Part shown: positions 47,208-49,451 of the stretch, one piece after another | Layout of the letters: each line of letters opens with the position of its first letter | Numbering within the stretch: position 1 is the first letter of the stretch | From: a virus | DNA: 49,451 bases | Virus record (IMG/VR): IMGVR_UViG_3300033696_000009 | Coordinates: 1 to 49,451 of that record | Direction: 5' to 3' (one strand) | Notes under the pieces: model-generated | The model's input: the letters and a program-made list of their open reading frames with translations, nothing else | What the model was told of the DNA's origin: nothing | The model's database searches: none | Made by a program: the position numbers and the translations under genes

Positions 47208-49451
47208 ATGGCTAACGATAATTTTGATTTACCAAGACCAAAAGACCCAGTCCCAAGCGCAACAAGCGCCGTTATTAATGACAACGCCAAGGTATTGGAT
47301 TACGTTGTTAACGGAACGGGATCGGTAATAACAAGAACAGGAAGAACAATAAAAACGGTAGAGCAGGCTATTAGTGATTTGGATTGGTCGCCTGTTGGGT
47401 TATTTGCTGACGGAGTTACATTCACCAAAATTAGCGACTTTGCAATTGATGCGTTTGGTGTCGAATGGGTTTACATAGGCCCAGACCAATACCCTAAAAC
47501 AGTACCACCCGCAACAGTTCCGACAGAGACTAATTACAAGGTTGTTCATGTTGGCTCATTGCAACAATTATCAGGACTGGAAGAACCAAGCAAGCTGGAT
47601 ACTATCTACACCAGAACATTTGACACCGTTGCAGACATGGCTGCAGAAACTGGGTTAACGGTAGGTTTATTGGTAAAAACAAAAGATTACTACGCTGCTG
47701 TAGATGGTGGAGGTGCTGAATATGTGGTGTCAACATCAAAAGATTTATTTGGTGTGCCTCTAGCTACTGGTGGGCTATTCGCTAACCCTCAAAGCATAAT
47801 AAGCCCTAGGCAGATAGGATGGAATGAAGAGGGAGGAGAGGACAACTATAATCTATTGGATAGCTATTGCAAAGAGGGCTATGCGGTAAACAGCTATGAC
47901 TCTATATATTCATTGAAGTACTTCTATACTCAATGGGAGGCTGGAAACTCGTTCCCTATTGCTTTTGCTGGAGATTCAACTACTGACGGAGCAACAACCA
48001 CAGGACATGTGGCCAGCTTTATAGCCGCTCAAAATGCGAATGTATTCACCAACGCTGTTACTATAAATGAAAGCCCGAATGCTTACTGTGCAGAGATAGA
48101 GCGACAAATAGGCCTTGTTAACTCTAAAGCAACAAGAAGAGTTTATAACGCAGGCATGGACTCGTGGTCATTGCGAGATGGCGTTACTTATCTCAATGCT
48201 CAAAAGGCGTTTCATCGCACTTTTTATGGGTTTGCTAGCGGCTTGTGCAACGTTGATTTCTCAGATGTTAAAGGGATAGTGTTTGCGTGGGGTGTTTCTG
48301 ACATTATAGAAAGCACAGTAAATGAGATATTGGCGTCTTATGAGTACAAAATGGAGCTGTTAATCACAGAGTGCTTCGAGCGAGGAGTTCAGCCGTTCAT
48401 ATCTAATCCTGTTATATCGCAACAGAGGGTTGGCAGCACTATCTTAGGTAGAGATAACGATGAGCTAATATCTGTTATAGAAGCTATCAACGACAAGCTG
48501 TCAAAAAAATACAATTTAGAAGTGTTTAGCCTTAGAACACCATTAGAAACTTACGCAGAAAACGCCTTTGAAACTGCTGGAGGATACACCGAAGTGATGG
48601 TACCCCTGCCTGATGGGGTGCATCCTAACGATAAAGGGCACAGGATGATAGGTAGTTATTTTACCAGTGAGATGTGCAAATTGGTAAAATCACTGGATGG
48701 TGGTGAGGCTTTCAAGTTCCCAGCAGCGAACCCTTATCTTGTGACACCTAGCAACGTTGATGCACAGGAAAATTGGCTATTGGTTAATAACAGTGAAGTA
48801 GTAACGAGATCATCGTACTATTACAGCTATATAGCCCCGACTAGCTCTCAGTTCCTGTATTACATAAATATTTACTGTTCCACCCCTATGAGCTTGAATT
48901 ACGATATGCTGTCTAAGGGCGCAAGCTCGACTAGTGAAGACAACGCCCCAAAGGTGACGATCACGAACCAGCCTGACAATATCAGCAGAAGCAAGGCATT
49001 AAGAACAGACTACGACGGTGTAAATAATGTATCAGGTTCTAGCTACTTAATAGGTAGGCTGGATGTTGGATTGAATACTGTGATGGTTGAAGCGCCGAAA
49101 ACTCCGCTTGGAAATACTTACATGGGGTGCTTAAGGGCTGAGCCAATGACTTCCAATAACAAAATTTTAAGCAATAGAAACGAGACAGGGAATACTTCTT
49201 ATCAAAACAATTACCCGAACGTAGAATGGTTGCAGAATTCAATAAATAGAATCTGGTCTGCTAGAAATTTCAAAACGGAGAATTACGCCTTCTCCAACAT
49301 TGGCACTGACAGGCGCATCAAGTTTAATGCCAATACATTGAACAACAGGGATATACTTTTTAATGGTGGAAGATCGTTCAACGACTATGATCGATTTGAT
49401 TTGGTTAGATTTAATGGAGCTGCCGTGAAGGTGATAAGAGTTACGACAGCG
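47208..49451 (+). CDS. tail spike/fibre with a central SGNH/GDSL esterase domain (N-terminal 748 codons; continues at 100..390; total 844 aa)
   Basis: Manual translation from the ATG at 47208 (AGGATAAAGC upstream). The frame is open to the window end. Block I is PIAFAGDSTTDG (GDS at 47970..47978). Block V is DGVHPNDKGH (D469/H472 at 48612..48623). Confidence 0.8.
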   Translation, partial: MANDNFDLPRPKDPVPSATSAVINDNAKVLDYVVNGTGSVITRTGRTIKTVEQAISDLDWSPVGLFADGVTFTKISDFAIDAFGVEWVYIGPDQYPKTVPPATVPTETNYKVVHVGSLQQLSGLEEPSKLDTIYTRTFDTVADMAAETGLTVGLLVKTKDYYAAVDGGGAEYVVSTSKDLFGVPLATGGLFANPQSIISPRQIGWNEEGGEDNYNLLDSYCKEGYAVNSYDSIYSLKYFYTQWEAGNSFPIAFAGDSTTDGATTTGHVASFIAAQNANVFTNAVTINESPNAYCAEIERQIGLVNSKATRRVYNAGMDSWSLRDGVTYLNAQKAFHRTFYGFASGLCNVDFSDVKGIVFAWGVSDIIESTVNEILASYEYKMELLITECFERGVQPFISNPVISQQRVGSTILGRDNDELISVIEAINDKLSKKYNLEVFSLRTPLETYAENAFETAGGYTEVMVPLPDGVHPNDKGHRMIGSYFTSEMCKLVKSLDGGEAFKFPAANPYLVTPSNVDAQENWLLVNNSEVVTRSSYYYSYIAPTSSQFLYYINIYCSTPMSLNYDMLSKGASSTSEDNAPKVTITNQPDNISRSKALRTDYDGVNNVSGSSYLIGRLDVGLNTVMVEAPKTPLGNTYMGCLRAEPMTSNNKILSNRNETGNTSYQNNYPNVEWLQNSINRIWSARNFKTENYAFSNIGTDRRIKFNANTLNNRDILFNGGRSFNDYDRFDLVRFNGAAVKVIRVTTA
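49353..49451. repeat. second copy of the 99-bp terminal repeat
   Basis: Identical to 1..99. Confidence 0.95.

Noticed and set aside
49039-49242. Minus-strand ORF near the window end.
   Set aside because: It is antisense to the long tail-spike ORF, which carries clear SGNH motifs upstream and is continuous through the junction.
1-49451. Searched for an integrase, CI-type repressor, attP-like repeats, tRNA genes, CRISPR repeats, transposase/IS ends and a reverse transcriptase.
   Set aside because: None is recognisable in any frame or in the short intergenic regions (the longest is about 230 nt). I therefore do not call the phage temperate or claim any mobile element.

Overview
The window is an essentially complete, circularly closed genome of a tailed dsDNA phage with siphovirus-like organisation and a lambda-type tail tip. 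Bases 1-99 are identical to 49353-49451, so the unique length is 49,352 bp. One 844-aa tail-spike ORF with SGNH/GDSL esterase motifs runs through the junction (47208..49451, continuing at 100..390). It is missing from the ORF track because it has no stop before the window end.

Layout:
- Leftward regulatory mini-operon (623..1376) and leftward recombination operon (1460..3773).
- A back-to-back early promoter pair at 3856..3920.
- Rightward early and replication genes (3951..11431): Cro-like, RusA, MazG, Rha/KilAC antirepressor, DUF4373 organiser, lambda-P-like loader.
- terS/terL, portal, Mu-F-like protein, scaffold, major capsid, connectors, major tail, tape measure, and tip proteins resembling lambda L, K and I/J.

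The structural module is broken up by at least six self-contained promoter-to-terminator cassettes: 14006..15990, 18933..20279, 20299..23235, 23257..24357, 27419..28519 and 33030..34991. These carry an SPFH/band-7 membrane protein, a Lar-like protein, the lysis cassette and two paralogous gene families of unknown function.

Main sequence-level observations:
- Four early promoters share one palindrome, GTAAC-N4-GTTAC, at an identical register in the spacer.
- Two overlapping back-to-back promoter pairs have the same design.
- There is a candidate GGA-rich antisense sRNA.
- Near-identical inverted patches occur inside diverged paralogues.

I saw no integrase, CI-type repressor, tRNA, rRNA, CRISPR array or transposase. 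Spanins, lipoboxes and sigma70-like promoters suggest a Gram-negative (probably gammaproteobacterial) host, but that is inference only. All family names come from reading motifs by eye, with no database search.
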